Translations under genes and position numbers: made by a program
Part shown: piece by piece, positions 50,324 to 63,302 of the stretch
How positions within the stretch are numbered: position 1 is the stretch's first letter
How the letters are laid out: the number at the start of each line of letters is the position of its first letter
Source of the DNA: the human T2T-CHM13v2.0 reference genome, Homo sapiens
Direction: 5' to 3' (one strand)
DNA length: 64,000 nucleotides
Assembly (NCBI RefSeq): GCF_009914755.1
Contig: NC_060934.1
The notes under the pieces: generated by a model
Seen by the model: only the letters and a program-made list of their open reading frames with translations
The model's database searches: none
What the model was told of the DNA's origin: nothing

Positions 50324-50497
50324 CAGGACCAGCTGAGTCATTTGCAAAGTCCAGTACAAAATGAGAATGTGACCCCTTCTTAAAAATTATTAAGAACTTC
50401 AAGCCAGTGACAGCAAAGCATAAATGAAATGTGCAGCTTTTCTTAGCATGGGACCCAGTGAAACTTCACATGCCACATGCCTGTGAAGCCAGCCTTG
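50324..50497 (-). mobile_element. MER45A (hAT-Tip100 MITE), complete with an 8-bp TSD
   Basis: CAGGACCAGCT...AAAAATTATTAAGAACTTCAAG...TGAAGCCAGCCTTG; CCCATCAG flanks it at 50316-50323 and 50498-50505. Confidence 0.88.
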
Positions 50498-53400
50498 CCC
50501 ATCAGTCAAAAACGAGGGTCAAGCTTCATACCCATCTGTCTGGTCATTAAGCCCTTCACCCTGCATAGCGGCAGGCCAAGCAACAGGGGAGTGCTCTGTT
50601 TAATGTGGTTCATTTCTCAGCTGAATCCTACAGCCTAAACCTTTCTTCAAGAGATCACTGCCTGTTTATGTGGACATATTCTAACCAAATTCCTTTCTAT
50701 TAATGAACCTTTGGGTCCCCTGGTCTTCATTAACCACTAAAAGTATTTTTCATACTCTTAAGATATATAATTGTGAGAGAAAATCAATTTAAAAAAGTAT
50801 AATATCTATTCAGGTGCAAAAAACCCTAAACAAAAGAAAAAGTAAAACCAAGAGTAATTTTAAAAAACTCAGAATAAGCCCTCAACAACACAGTTTAAAG
50901 AGACAAGCTTCCAAATGAGACCAGGGAGGCAGGAGCATCTCATCTTCAATGTCAGCTATCGATAGGTGTTAATTAACCTGAAAGAGTAGGAGAACTTTTT
51001 AGCAATGGCCATCATGAGCTGTGTAATGATCGACATAGAATCGAATGCAAAGCACATCCAGAAAAGGTATTTTAGTGTGAGCTTTTTGAGACATTTAGTG
51101 CAAATTATAATATTAAAATACCGAGCATCTTATTCATCCTACTGGCAAAAGTGTATGATTTATGCATGGGTGGAAATGTTTGGAAACTGACCTGAATGTA
51201 CTTTATTTGGCAACTTTTAGTGTGCAAATGAGAATAAGAGAAATCTTTCTAGAAAAAGCCAGTGCTGTTTCAGTTAAGTCACAGAAAACGAGCTCAAGAG
51301 AAAAATCCACATTATCCCGAATTACCTCACTTTTTGGTGAAATAGTCAGTTAAAGTGAACATCTATCTATAGAGTACAAAGCAGAAAGGTGGAAGAAGAG
51401 CTCTCAGTTCTGCTGCTTCTTTGAGGGGAGGGAAGCTGGCATCAGCCACCCTCTGCCAAGGGCGTCTCTGAACTGGGCTTCTTGGTGAGACACAATCAGA
51501 CTTGGTGCCCACTTCCTGTTTCCAGAACCAGGAGCAGAAGTACCCCAGAGGACTCTGGGAGTCTACAGAGCCTTTTGGATGTTTCCACAACAAGTTATGG
51601 TTAGTACTATTTTATATTGAGTACATGTAATTTTGTTTTGCATTTCTAGAAAGTGATAATGCATAGTACTACCGGTGGGTAAACAACTCATTCTAGATTC
51701 CTCAGGGCAGCTTTGATTTCAGCATCATCCCTGTTGATCTCTTAAGTCCCTTCATACTTGGTGGGCTGCGTATTTTTGTTTGATTATTATTATTATTGAA
51801 AATATGGTCTTTCTAAGGTGCAGAATAATTCTAATTGAATCAGAAGCTTTAGTTGAGTAGAACGTCCTTTTTCCCTTTAAAAGTGTTAGGATGGGAGTGG
51901 ACTACTGTTGTCTAGCTCAGTCCCTTGAGGTTTCTTAGCTATGCCTTGGGTTTTGTTATTCGGTGCTGTCCTTTACTGAGATACAGGAGGCTCCAGGGAG
52001 GGCTGGGCACATTCTGCTGACCACCCAGCCATCACTAAATGTTCTACTGGCAAGAGGGAACTTCCTTCTAACGGGTTAATGAGACTTTGCCCGTGTTGCC
52101 TGTCATGGCAATAGCCCTACTGGGGCTGTTTCCAGCTTCCATCTCAAGTGACTTCTTATTCACATTATATTGAATTAATATGCACATTATACCAATGAAC
52201 ATTTTATATTTCTTCAATTAAAATTCCCAACCCAAATATACTGCTTTAATCGCTGGGAACACCAGTGTTATGTCAACACCTCTGTCTAGCACAGGGTTAG
52301 ACTGTTTCTCTCTCATGCATTATGGCCACACCTCTTCACACATCTGTCCAGAGTGAGAACTCACCGTGCGACTGCAAGAGACACCAGACAGCAAAGTCCT
52401 TATTCCTCAGAGAAAGAGGCAAGTTACCACCCTCAGGTTTTGTGGGCTTTCAGCATGTATTGTGGCTACTATCTGTCTGCTGGTTGTCTTCAGAGAAAAA
52501 AAAATTAAGAAACAAAAATTCCCTGTAGCCAAGAATAGGAAAATGGGGCCATTTCCTGGTGCAGCCCTGATAGGGGACGGCTTGGGGATGGTGTGGGGAT
52601 CGCTCGCCAAACACAGTCCAGCTGACACGGTGCAGCAGCACATGACTTTTCTCTCCTCCCCAAACACACCATCTCTTTGACAGACAACTGACTTCCCATT
52701 CGCTGCCCGGGAAGCCCAGCTGCTCCCCTCTGCCTGAGGAGCTCTTCCTCCATGCTCCAAGGCCACAGGTGGCAAGCCACTTACCTGTGTTCCGCAAACA
52801 CGTGTTGATCATCTGCGCTGTTCCAGCTCTGTTCTAAATGTCAGTGGGAAGGGGAGGGATGACAAAGTCACTACCTCTGCCCTTGAAGAGCACAAGGTGA
52901 TTTTGATCTATTTAAATATGGTATAAATGGCCCATGTGGATGGGCTTTGCCTGTGGGAATAAGCAAAGTTCAATTGAATGAATGAAGAAATGAACCAAAA
53001 ACAAAACAAAACAAAACAAAAAAAGAAAGAAATCAGACCACCAGACTCCATCCAGTATTTTACACTGCAGGTTGACAGATATGCATGTAATCAATTTAAT
53101 CAACAGAGTGAAAGCCAGAAAGTCCAAAGACATCAACAATGGTGAGAAATGTTGTATATCCTTCCACGAAACACACCCAAACCCACACAGACACTCTATG
53201 TCCATATCCTACATGCTTTCTGCTCTTTTCCGTACATAATTTAAACAGTTTCTCATATCTTATATTTCCCGTAGAATATTAAAAGTCGATATAATGCAAA
53301 ATCCTACTCTCCCACCACATATGTGAAGTAGAAAATAAACATTCATAGCCCAGTGAGGCAGAGTTACACTTTGAAAAGTGAATTTGTGCTGCTGAAGAGT

Positions 53401-54389
53401 GTGGGTCTGACAGCCCGTGGGGAGCACGGCCCATAGTGCAGGGTCTCACAGCAAGCTGGGGCTGCTGCGGAAAGGCCAGGGCCTCTGGGCTCTGCAGCTG
53501 AGTCCCCCTCAAGTCTGTTGATTTGGGACACCCTGCCCCACCACCTCCCCAAAAGTCAAGTATAATAAATGTACTCTGGCCTCATAAATCTCCAAATTCA
53601 CTCACAACTTCCTCTGTTTTCTCTCCTATGGACCCACTGGGACACAGTGAGCTTTAATAGAACTCTTAGTAGAGATGAATGCTGAGATGTTTCTCTGCCC
53701 TTGGAAATTGAGATCAGCTGCCTAGGAGATACTTTCACCCAATGATAAGAACCCCATACCCACCTATAAACAGCCACTCAAACAACCCCATCCTGGGCCT
53801 GCCCATTACACAGCAGAGACAGTGGAGAGCTGGCCTTTCTCGGTAAATGGGTCACCTACAAAGTCAGGCCAGAGTAAGCCAGGACATGGCCCCCCTGACT
53901 CTTGGGCAGCAGCTGAGCCTCTAGGTTTGCACAGCTTGGATGCAGGCTTGATGACTGCAAAAAGCAGTAGGAAAAACAAATTGGGGGCACAGCAGTCATC
54001 CTTGGCTCAGCTCAGTGGCTCAGCAGAGGCTCAGGCTAGAAGAAGATTGTGGATGAATGACTCAGTCAAAAGCAAAGAACCAGACAAAGGAAAACTAGAA
54101 AGTGACGACTAAGAACTGGTGAGGTCCAGAAAGAGGTGTGATGGGGGCCATGACAAGGTCAGAGGTCACAGCCAGGATTGGTTCCAGAAAATGGCTATGC
54201 CAACAGGGCCTGGGACACGGTTAATGTTGCATTTTAACCCTGGGGTCACATGTACATGGCATTGTTGAGTTTTGTTCTGTAACAGGTACCATGCTGGGCC
54301 CTGACAATACCGAGCTGGATAAGACTCCACTTCTGAGCTCTCTCCTAGCTGGGCAAGCTGTTATGGAGATAGATCACTATAACCCAGTT

Positions 54390-54515
54390 GAATGATTGGT
54401 GCGTCTGAGCTGTGTTCCCTGCTATACCACCAGTGCCTGACCAGAACTCATGCAGGGCAGGCATTCAAGACATCTTCATGAACAAAGTAATGAATGAGCA
54501 AGTGAATGAAAGAAT
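54390..54515 (+). mobile_element. L2 3' end fragment
   Basis: CCACCAGTGCCTGACCAG...GCAGGCATTCAAGACATCTTCATGAACAAAGTAATGAATGA. Confidence 0.55.
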
Positions 54516-54943
54516 AATACAAGTAGGTAACAGAGAAGTCAGAAGTAGATAGAGAAACAGTATAGAAGGAAGTGACTAAATTACATGGCCTTAAAGGGTC
54601 TATATATTCCAAAATGCATTGTATTTTATCTATTTCTTAGCAAATTATAAACAATTACCATAAAATTAAATGCATTACAAATATTTTTTTCTGTTATCTG
54701 TGATGGAGTGAAAGGAAAGTTCATTAGTACTTACCAAAATGATGCAGCCATACTTACAATAGTCGGATTATCTGAAAGGTCTGAAATACAAAAGTTACTG
54801 ATTTGGCCAGGAACTCAGGAAGGTTGAAAGGAGAATGGAATCGATCAAAATATCTGGAAGCCTGTTCTGGAGGAGTGGTGGGAAGGGGGCATGGAGCTGG
54901 CTATGAGGAGGTGTCTAACATGATAAGTTAGATAAGGCTGCTT

Positions 54944-54944
<1 letters not shown>

Positions 54945-54992
<48 letters not shown>
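54945..54992. repeat. Perfect (GT)24 microsatellite
   Basis: 24 uninterrupted GT units counted. Confidence 0.98.
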
Positions 54993-54994
<2 letters not shown>

Positions 54995-55249
54995 ATATGC
55001 AGATGCAAATATCAGGTAAACCAAGAAAGGCTCGCTGAGTGAACCTTCTAGGTTTCAGATTATTCTATGGCTGTATGTGGATTTCTGAGATCCCTGACTT
55101 GAACTGTAATGCTTTCCACATAGTGGGAGGTAACAACATTGGAAGCAATAGAATAACTTGGGCCAGGGGTCAACCTCTAGTGATTCAGCTCCCTCCTCCA
55201 TAAAATTGGCTGCTCACATCCAGCCTGGTGCAGGAGAGTACTAGAGTAC

Positions 55250-57098
55250 TGATATGGTTTGGCTCTGTGTCCCCACTCAAATCTCATCTTGTAGCTCCCA
55301 TAATTTCCACATATTTTGGGAGGGATTCAGTGGGAGATGATTGAATTATGGGGGCAGGTCTTTCCTGTGCTGTCCTTGTGATAGTGAATGGGTCTCATGA
55401 GATCTGATGGTTTTAAAAGTGGGAGTTGGCCTACACAAGCTCTCTGTTTGCCTGCTGCCATCCATGTAAGACATGACTTCCTCCTCTTTGACTTCCACCA
55501 TGATTTGAGGCTTCCTCAGCCATGTGGTACTATAAGTTCATTAAACTTCTTCTTTTGTTTTTGGTAAATTGCCCAGTCTTGGGTATGTCTTTATCAGCAG
55601 CATGAAAATGGACTAATATAATAAATTGATACTGAGAGTGGGGTGCTGCCGAAAAGATATCTGAAAATGTGGAATCGACTTTGCAACTGGGTAACAGGAA
55701 GAGGTTGGAACAGTTTGAAGGGCTCAGAAGAAGACAAGAAAATGTGGGAAAGTTTAGAACTTCCTAGAGACTTGTCAAATGGCTGTGACCAAAATGCTGA
55801 TAATGATATGGACAATGAAATCCAGGCTAAGGTGGTCTCAGATGGAGATGAGGAACTTGTTGGGAACTGGAGCAAAGGTGACTTTTGTCATGTTTTAGCA
55901 AAGAGATTGGTGGCATTTTGCCCCTGCCCTAGAGATTTGTAGAACTTTGAACTTGAGAGAGATGATTTAGGGTGTCTGACGAAAGAAATTTCTAAGCAGC
56001 AAAGCATTCAAGAGGTGACTTGGGTGCTGTTAAATGCATTCAGTTTTAAAAGGGAAACAGAGCATGAAAGTACAGAAAATTTGGAGCCTGACAATGTGCT
56101 AGAAAAGAAAATCCCATTTTCTGAGGAGAAATTCAAGCCAGCTGCAGAAATTTGCATAAGTAATGAGGAGCTGAATGTTAATCCCCAAGACAATGGGGAA
56201 AATGTCTCCAGGGCATGTCAGAGGTCTTCACAGCAGCCCCTCTCATCACGGGCCTGGAGGCCTAGGAGGAAAAAGTGGTTTTGTGGGCCAGGCCCAGGGT
56301 CCCTGTGCCGTGTGCAGCCTAGGAACATGTTGCCCTGTGTCCCAGCTGCTCTAGCCATGGCTGAATGGAGCCAACATAGAGCTTGGGTCATGGCTTCAGA
56401 GGGTGCAAGCAAGCCTCAAGCCTCGGCAGCTTCCGCGTACTGTTGACCCTGCCAGTGCACAAAAGTCAAGAATTGGAGTTTGGAAACCTCCACCTAGATA
56501 TCAGAGGATGTATGGAAATGCCTCTATGTCCAGGCAGAAGTTTACTGCAGCTAACTTGCTTTTGATTTTACAGGCTCATAGGCAGAATGGATTTGCCTTG
56601 TCTTAGATGAGACTCTGGACTGTGGACTTTTGAGTTAATGCCGAAATGAGTTGAGACTTTTGGGACTGTTGGGAAGGTATGATTGGTTTCAAAATGTAAA
56701 GATATGAGATTCGGGAGGGGCCAAGCATGGAATGATATGGTTTGGCTCTGTGTTCCCATACAAATCTTATCTTGTAGCTCCCATAGTTCTCACGTGTTGT
56801 GGGAGGGATCCAGTGGAGGATGATTGAATTATGGGGGCGAGTCTTTCCCATGCCATTCTTGTGATAGTGAATGGGTCTCATGAGAGCTGACGGTTTTTAA
56901 AATGGGAATTTCCCTGCACAACCTCTCTGTTTGCCTGCTGCCATCCATGTAAGACATGACTTCTTCCTCCTTGCCTTCCACCATGATTGTGAGGCTTCCC
57001 CAGCCATGTGGAACTGTAAGTCTCTTAAACCTCTTTCTTTTGTAAGTTGCCCAGTCTTGGGTATGTCTTTATCAGCAGTGTGAAAACAAACTAATACA
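55250..57098 (+). mobile_element. THE1 (MaLR) element: 5' LTR 55250-55620, internal 55621-56732, 3' LTR 56733-57098
   Basis: Both LTRs start TGATATGGTTTGGCT and end ...CTAATAYA; the internal region carries THE1-int ORF remnants (WESLELPRDLSNGCDQNAD); near-TSD AGTAC/AATAC. Confidence 0.97.
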
Positions 57099-57710
57099 AA
57101 TACTTAAGGGAAAGTGCTTTGAAGTTGAAAGTTTGGCAAAATAAAATTTCATCATCATAAAGAATAAAGAAATACCCATCAGTAATGAAAGATTGAAACC
57201 TTAAAGTAAAGATTAAAATACATGGGAAAAGATTGAACCAAATAGTAACAAATGGAACACTACAATGTGAAAACAGTCAGGGTAGGCTGAACAAGGCCAG
57301 CATTACTGAATCCTCGTTGGCCTAGGATTCCTCCAGGACCAGGTGCTGCTCACCTTCTCCATCCCATCATGACAGACACACTCAGCCGAACCACACCTTC
57401 CAGTATATACTGACTGCACGAACGTGATCACGGGACCATATTTTTTTTCTCACCTGTTTTATAGATGCTGTTTGCCTCCCCATATAAATGTTGAGAACAT
57501 GTAAAATGTTATCTTCTCCAGAATCTCCCAACAACACCCAAGTTGGTTCTGGGCTTATACAGTAAGTGCTAGTAAACACTGGCCAATCCCATCCCAAGGT
57601 CAAAGACACCAGAGGTGTGCAGGGCATAGCAACATGGTGACCACACACTGCTGGACAGTGTCTTCAATTCCAAACACCCTCTAGGTGTATCAAAATAGGC
57701 TCTGTTACAT

Positions 57711-57880
57711 ACAGCATTTCATTGATGTTAAATGCCCCTAAGAGCACCCCATATTTTAACATTTCTCAAATAAGGATGGCACTTGAAATGAATGTGTACG
57801 TTTCATGTGAGATTATATGTTTTTCCTACCCATTGAAAGCTGTTTGAAAAGAATGATCTCTTAAAATCAGGCGAATATCA
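57711..57880 (+). mobile_element. MER104/Kanga-like Tc2 MITE remnant
   Basis: CAGCATTTCATTGAT...ATTTTAACATTTCTCAAATAAGGATG...TCTTAAAATCAGGCGAATAT resembles MER104 as recalled. Confidence 0.45.
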
Positions 57881-58259
57881 CAATCGATATTTGATAAATA
57901 AAGAGATCTTTAGGTTCTCTGAGAGATGCACCTGAAAAATAACAGGGCTGAGCCACCCTAAGAATCTCCGCACCCCCACGCCTGAGTATCTGCTGTTCCC
58001 TCCACTGCAATACCAGTGCACCAACTTGTCCACTTGGCAAATCCACAATTATTTTTCCAGTTTCCAATTGCCATCTTTATGGTGAAGCCTTCCCTCCTGA
58101 TAACTTCAACTGAAAAAAATCTATATTCTGCTTCCACAACTAGGGTAACCAACTATCCTTTTTTCTCCAAGACAAGAATCTATAACTGGACAACTAGTAA
58201 TAACACTCTATGTTTCCTTTTCTTGGAGCTGTGACCAGTTAACAACTCCTTCATGAACT

Positions 58260-58410
58260 GTCTATGTGCAGCTCTGAGTCATTCATAAATATTAAATCAC
58301 TGGATTCTCCTAACAACACTTCCAGAAAGTTTCTATGATTACCTCCATGTTACAGGTAAGAAAACTGAGACAGAGAGGTTTGAGTAACTTGTCCAAAGTT
58401 ACGCAACCAC
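58260..58410 (-). mobile_element. MIR fragment
   Basis: TTACAGGTAAGAAAACTGAGACAGAGAGGTTTGAGTAACTTGTCCAAAGTTAC. Confidence 0.85.
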
Positions 58411-60477
58411 CTTGGGCAAGTTAATAGACTTGAGATTAGAAGCAGGCAGGGTCCTTTCCATGGCCTTTCTCATGTCCATCCTTCCCATGGCCTGCTGGGG
58501 TCTGCTTGCAGCTGAATCTACCAGGTTCTCTACTTCTCTGTTGTCTTCTGCATTCTCCACCTCCTGGCCCCAGTCCAGGAAGGCATATGTCATGGGGGAA
58601 GGAATATATCATAGCCAAGGCCTTCTTTCTTCCCCACTCAACAGTCGCTTCTGTGCTGTCTTTAAGTTCTAATGTCATGCAAATTGCAGATCCTTGTATT
58701 TTAAGCAGTGTTTGATTGCTTGATTCTTTGGGGTTTATGATATTAAGCAAGGCTTGGTTATATTTGGATATAAACTCCCTTTTTATGAAGGAGTACAGAC
58801 TAGGAAACCCTCCATATCACAGGGTCGGTGCTCCCAGGACTCTCCTGTCAACGCTACACCCTGATTCAGGGCACAGCCTGGAGCTCTCCAAGCCGAGTCA
58901 GATCCCCAACCCCCACTGCCGTTTTGATTTTATGTTTACTTGTTTTTTTTAACCGCCCCCCCTCCCACCTTATTACAGTTCAGGGAACTCATTAATCTCT
59001 TCACCTAATATCTGAACCGGGCTTTTTGGGATGCAAATGCTCTTCAGCGACGGAAATAGCAAAGGCTGTTCAATTTGTGCGCTGATGTGCCAGCTAACAT
59101 AGGTGTGTGATGCAATGCAGCGTCCAGTATGCTTGTTGGAAATGCGTCACGTTGGTGAAGGTCACTGAGGCTGGCATTCTGTGTGCTCTCAGTACAGAGA
59201 GGCCAATGCCAGGAAGATGCTCAACAACAAAAGATAAACTTCCCTTTAGGCAAGTAGATGAAGTCCTAGGATTCGTGGAAGGAGACGAACTCTGGCAAGT
59301 ATTCCAAGGGATTTTTCAAATAAAGCCCGTGTTGAAAAGTCACTGGTTCCTTTTTCTTATTTGCATCAAGAGGGAGCCCAAATAGAGACTTGTGCTTCCC
59401 GGTGATGTCTCGTGAAATAATGCAAGTGAGAAGATGCAACTGTGTGGCAAATTTATCAAAATAATTGCTACCGACAGATGATTTGACAGGCTCTGTACAG
59501 ACTTTCCAAACAATCAAGCCCACGGTGGTCCACTTTGGAATGCTTTTGCCTTCTGTCTTCTGGAGGGTCCCCTCTGATTATATTTTTTCATCCTAAAAGT
59601 TTCCTCTTGGGAAGCAGGCTGTCTCAGCCAATCAAGGATGGTTAACAACCATAGTAGAAGCTGCCTACAGGTTGACAGGCAAACCGGTCAAATATCTTGG
59701 TGTAATCACTCAGGTAATTTGGTGTCATAGCTTTAATAATTTCTAGGAATGTCTTCATGCAAGGCTTTGGGAGTTACTTGCATTTTTTTTTATAAAATGT
59801 AAAATAAAATAGGACAATTTTAAAAATCAATTATGCCATAAAAAGTGGTCTCATCTAATGGTTTTTGTGCTTTGATTTTAATCAAATAATTTAAGAGGAT
59901 TAAAAATGACAACATTAATAGCTAGTTGGTTTCTATTTGTTCTAGAAACAGACACTAATTTTTTGTGTCAGTTTACCTTACTGCTACCCGGTGCTCAACT
60001 CTTGCGTCAGGCAAAGCCAGCACTTCCGAGCCTGCAGTTCCCGACGTTGTGTGAAGGAGGGGCTGAAGAGAACAAAGGTGCAGATAAGGAGAGGGAGGCT
60101 GAGGGGATATTAATTAGCTCTTCTGTACTACACCGTATTTTAATTAATCTGACAGATTTTTCAAAAATGGAATTGACTTTTCACCATTCTTTTTCCGTGT
60201 GAGCACTTTTCCTTGTCACTGAGCAGGTCAATTGTACTCAGGCTTTTAGCTGTTCCCTTTATTGATCTCATGCCCTACCACAATGTCTAGCGTGATCAGC
60301 ACACAGCAGAGCAGGGACAATGTTCCCAGACACTGCTCTCTTGCCAGAAGCTTCTACCAGAAGCTAGTCACTTACAAATTGTCATCCTGAGCCAAGCCCC
60401 TCACATGGTAATCTAACCCACCTAAAAATCTTCCAGGAAAATGCCTCTTAAACACGTGGCTTAAGATAAAGAGAGAT

Positions 60478-61230
60478 ACTCCTCAAAAAATTAAAAATAC
60501 AATGAATATATGACCCAGTAATCCCTCTTCTGGGTATCTAATCCAGTAGAAACAAAATACATTCCTTGTAGAGATATTTAGGTTTTCATGTTCATGTCAG
60601 CATTATTCACAATAGTCAAGATGTAGAAACAACGTAAGTGTCCGTTGACAGATGAATGGAAAAAGAAAATGTGAATGTATATATACACACATACACACAC
60701 ATGATGAAATATTATTCAACCTGTGAAAGGAGATCCTGCCATTTGTGACAATATTAATGAACCTGGAGGACATTATGCTAAGTGACATAAGCCAGACACA
60801 GGAAGATAAATACTGCATGATCTCATTTTATATGTGGAATGTAAAAAAAAAATAGTCAAATACATAGAAACAGAGAGTGGAATAGTGGTTACAGTAGACA
60901 GATAAGGGAAATAGAAGTAGGTCAGAGGGTACAAACTCACAGTTATAGAAGAGAAAAAAGTTTAGAGATGTAATGGAGAGCATGAGGACTGTAGCCAACA
61001 ATATGTATTGTATACTATAAACTTGCTGAGTGTAAAATTTAGCTATAATAAATACATATTGTATACTATAAATTTGCTGAGAGTAAATTTTACCACACAA
61101 ACACACACACACACGTAACTCTGTGAAGAGACGGATATGTTAATTTGCTTGACTACAAAAACTACTTCACTTTGTCTATGTATATGAAAACATCGTATTG
61201 TATACATTAAATAGAGTGAATTTAAAAAAA
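60478..61230 (+). mobile_element. L1MA/L1MB-type 3' end
   Basis: CCTCAAAAAATTAAAAATAC...GCATTATTCACAATAGTCAAGATG...GATGAATGGA...GAACCTGGAGGACATTATGCTAAGTGACATAAGCCAGACACAG, ending in an A-rich tail. Confidence 0.93.
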
Positions 61231-61557
61231 GATAACCTTAGAATTTTTGACCTTTTTAGAGCCTCCAAATTAGGACATCCTCTTACCTTAACTGAGATTT
61301 CCATATTACCCAGAGACAAAAAGCTTCCTTTCAATTCCTATCAAATCTCTGACTACTTCCACAATTATTAACATTAACAAGAAGGATTGGGGGGTCCAGG
61401 CATTGAGGACAGCTGAAGACTACTAAAAGGTGCTGCTGGATTTCTGGAAAACCTACCATCTAACAGTGCAGCAAATACATGCTCAAAACAGGCTTGGCCT
61501 TCCAGCAGTGAGCCTTTGACTCAAAGGCCCTAAAAACCTTCCATAAGACAGACTCTC

Positions 61558-61861
61558 GGCCGGGCGCAGTGGCTTATGCCTGTAATCGCAGCACTTTGGG
61601 AGGCCGAGGTGGGCAGATCACCTGAGGTCAGGAGTTCTAGACCAGCTTGGCCAACGTGTTGGAACTCCATCTCTACTAAAAACACAAAAATTAGCCGGGT
61701 GTGGTGGCGGGTGCCTGTAATCCCAGCTACTCAGGAGGCTGAGGCAGAAGACTCACTTGAACCCAGGAGGGGAAGGTTGTACTGAGGCCAGATCTTGCCA
61801 CTGCACTCCAGCCTGGGCAACAAGAGTGAAACACCATCTCAAAAAAATAAAAACAATAAAA
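61558..61861 (+). mobile_element. Full-length AluS (Sq/Sx-like)
   Basis: GGCCGGGCGCAGTGGCTTATGCC...GGGCAACAAGAGTGAAAC plus A tail; degenerate TSD AAGACAGACTCTC/AAGACAGAGTTTC. Confidence 0.96.
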
Positions 61862-62936
61862 AAGACAGAGTTTCCTCCTCCTCTCCTTCTAGGCTGCTCC
61901 AGGTCAGAAGCCATGTCCCCGTGAGAGATTTGGCCCGGAAGGAATTAGATTTGCTCAACTCCCCGGGCCTCTTACACTGGCCTGAATCTGAGCTCATTAG
62001 GCGCTTGGGTCCCAGCCACCCTCATACCCACTCTACATGAGTAGCAAGACCCTCAAGCTGTGAGATTTTTGCTGCTTTACTGAGTTTCTACCTTGAAGGC
62101 AGGTTTGGGAGCCTTAACTTTAAGAAGGATCTATATTGCAGTCGGTAGGTGTCTGATATCACTGGACGGGCCTCTGCTCTGTTCTTCCAACATGAATAAA
62201 TGGCTCATCATGGAGCCCATTCCATTCCCGGTGTAAACCAAGAGCAGACGTCTGGTGCCCTTGCTCAAGCGAAGCACTGGCAACCACCACTTTACCTTAT
62301 TTAGATTCTGGGAAGTAAGGAGATCAGAGTCAGAATGCAAAGCCCACAGCACACTGCCTTTCCCACCCACCCCCGGCGGTTCCAGCATGCATGGGAAACC
62401 CCTGAGCACATTCCTAACAGCCGGTCCCTTCCACGTTGCCCCACAGCCAGTGCCTCTTGTCCTCTGGTTCCAGTTACTCATGGTACTCCTCCAACCCCAT
62501 GAGGCCTGGCTCGTGTATTAATAACTATTGTAGAAAAGTGTCCAAGTCTCTTACCTTCTCTGGTTTCTGTTTTAGAGATGATACAAGGAAATATAACACT
62601 CTGGATCACTTCATCTTACCCAAAGCAAGAACATCTTAAAGGATTTAGATACTGAGAAAAAAAAATATGCATGATAGATACTTTCAGGAACGTGCACAAT
62701 AGACTTGGAAGCCTCCGAGGATTCCGCCTGAGGACACGGCCCCATGAGCCGGCTCACGCTCAGAAGGATGGCTGCCTCCACAAGGCTGCCAATTTGAGCA
62801 CCGGCCAAACTGCAACCAGACCCCAGGAAAGGTAAAATAGATTGAAATGTATTGCGCGGTACTCAGATTCACTCCTCTGTCTGCGAGATTATTCTTCTTA
62901 AACACACACCCACACAGCGAGCATCTGCCCACGGCC

Positions 62937-63302
62937 CCGTGGCGTGCTGGAGCTGACATGTATCGGCTCATGGGAGCCAGTTGTTAAATTTTCAGGAATT
63001 TTTTGAATCTTTGTTAAACACAGCCATTGTTAAATACTAAATTATATACATTTAACATTAAGTAAATTATATTTTATGAAAGGTAATAGGTGCCCCAAAT
63101 GAATAACTTTCTAATTATTTCATGACCTTTTCCAGCAAACTGTCCTCTTGAGGTTACTTATGCCAGTGTTATCTATATGGTAAAAATACCGTATATTGGA
63201 GGGCCACCTAGTAGGAATATTTACACCTCAGAAACTGGCAACCACTATCAGTCAGGGCTTTCCGCCTTGGAGAACTGGTTGTTAAACACTTCCTAGCACA
63301 GT
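62937..63302 (+). mobile_element. MER63-like (hAT-Blackjack) element
   Basis: GTGGCGTGCTGGAGC...TTGTTAAATTTTCAGGAATTTT...GTTAAACACAGCCATT...CTCTTGAGGTTA...GAGAACTGGTTGTTAAACA match MER63 as recalled. Confidence 0.82.

Noticed and set aside
55594-56881. Protein-like ORFs (e.g. 143 aa at 56015)
   Set aside because: Broken remnants of the THE1 internal ORF and LTR, not host genes
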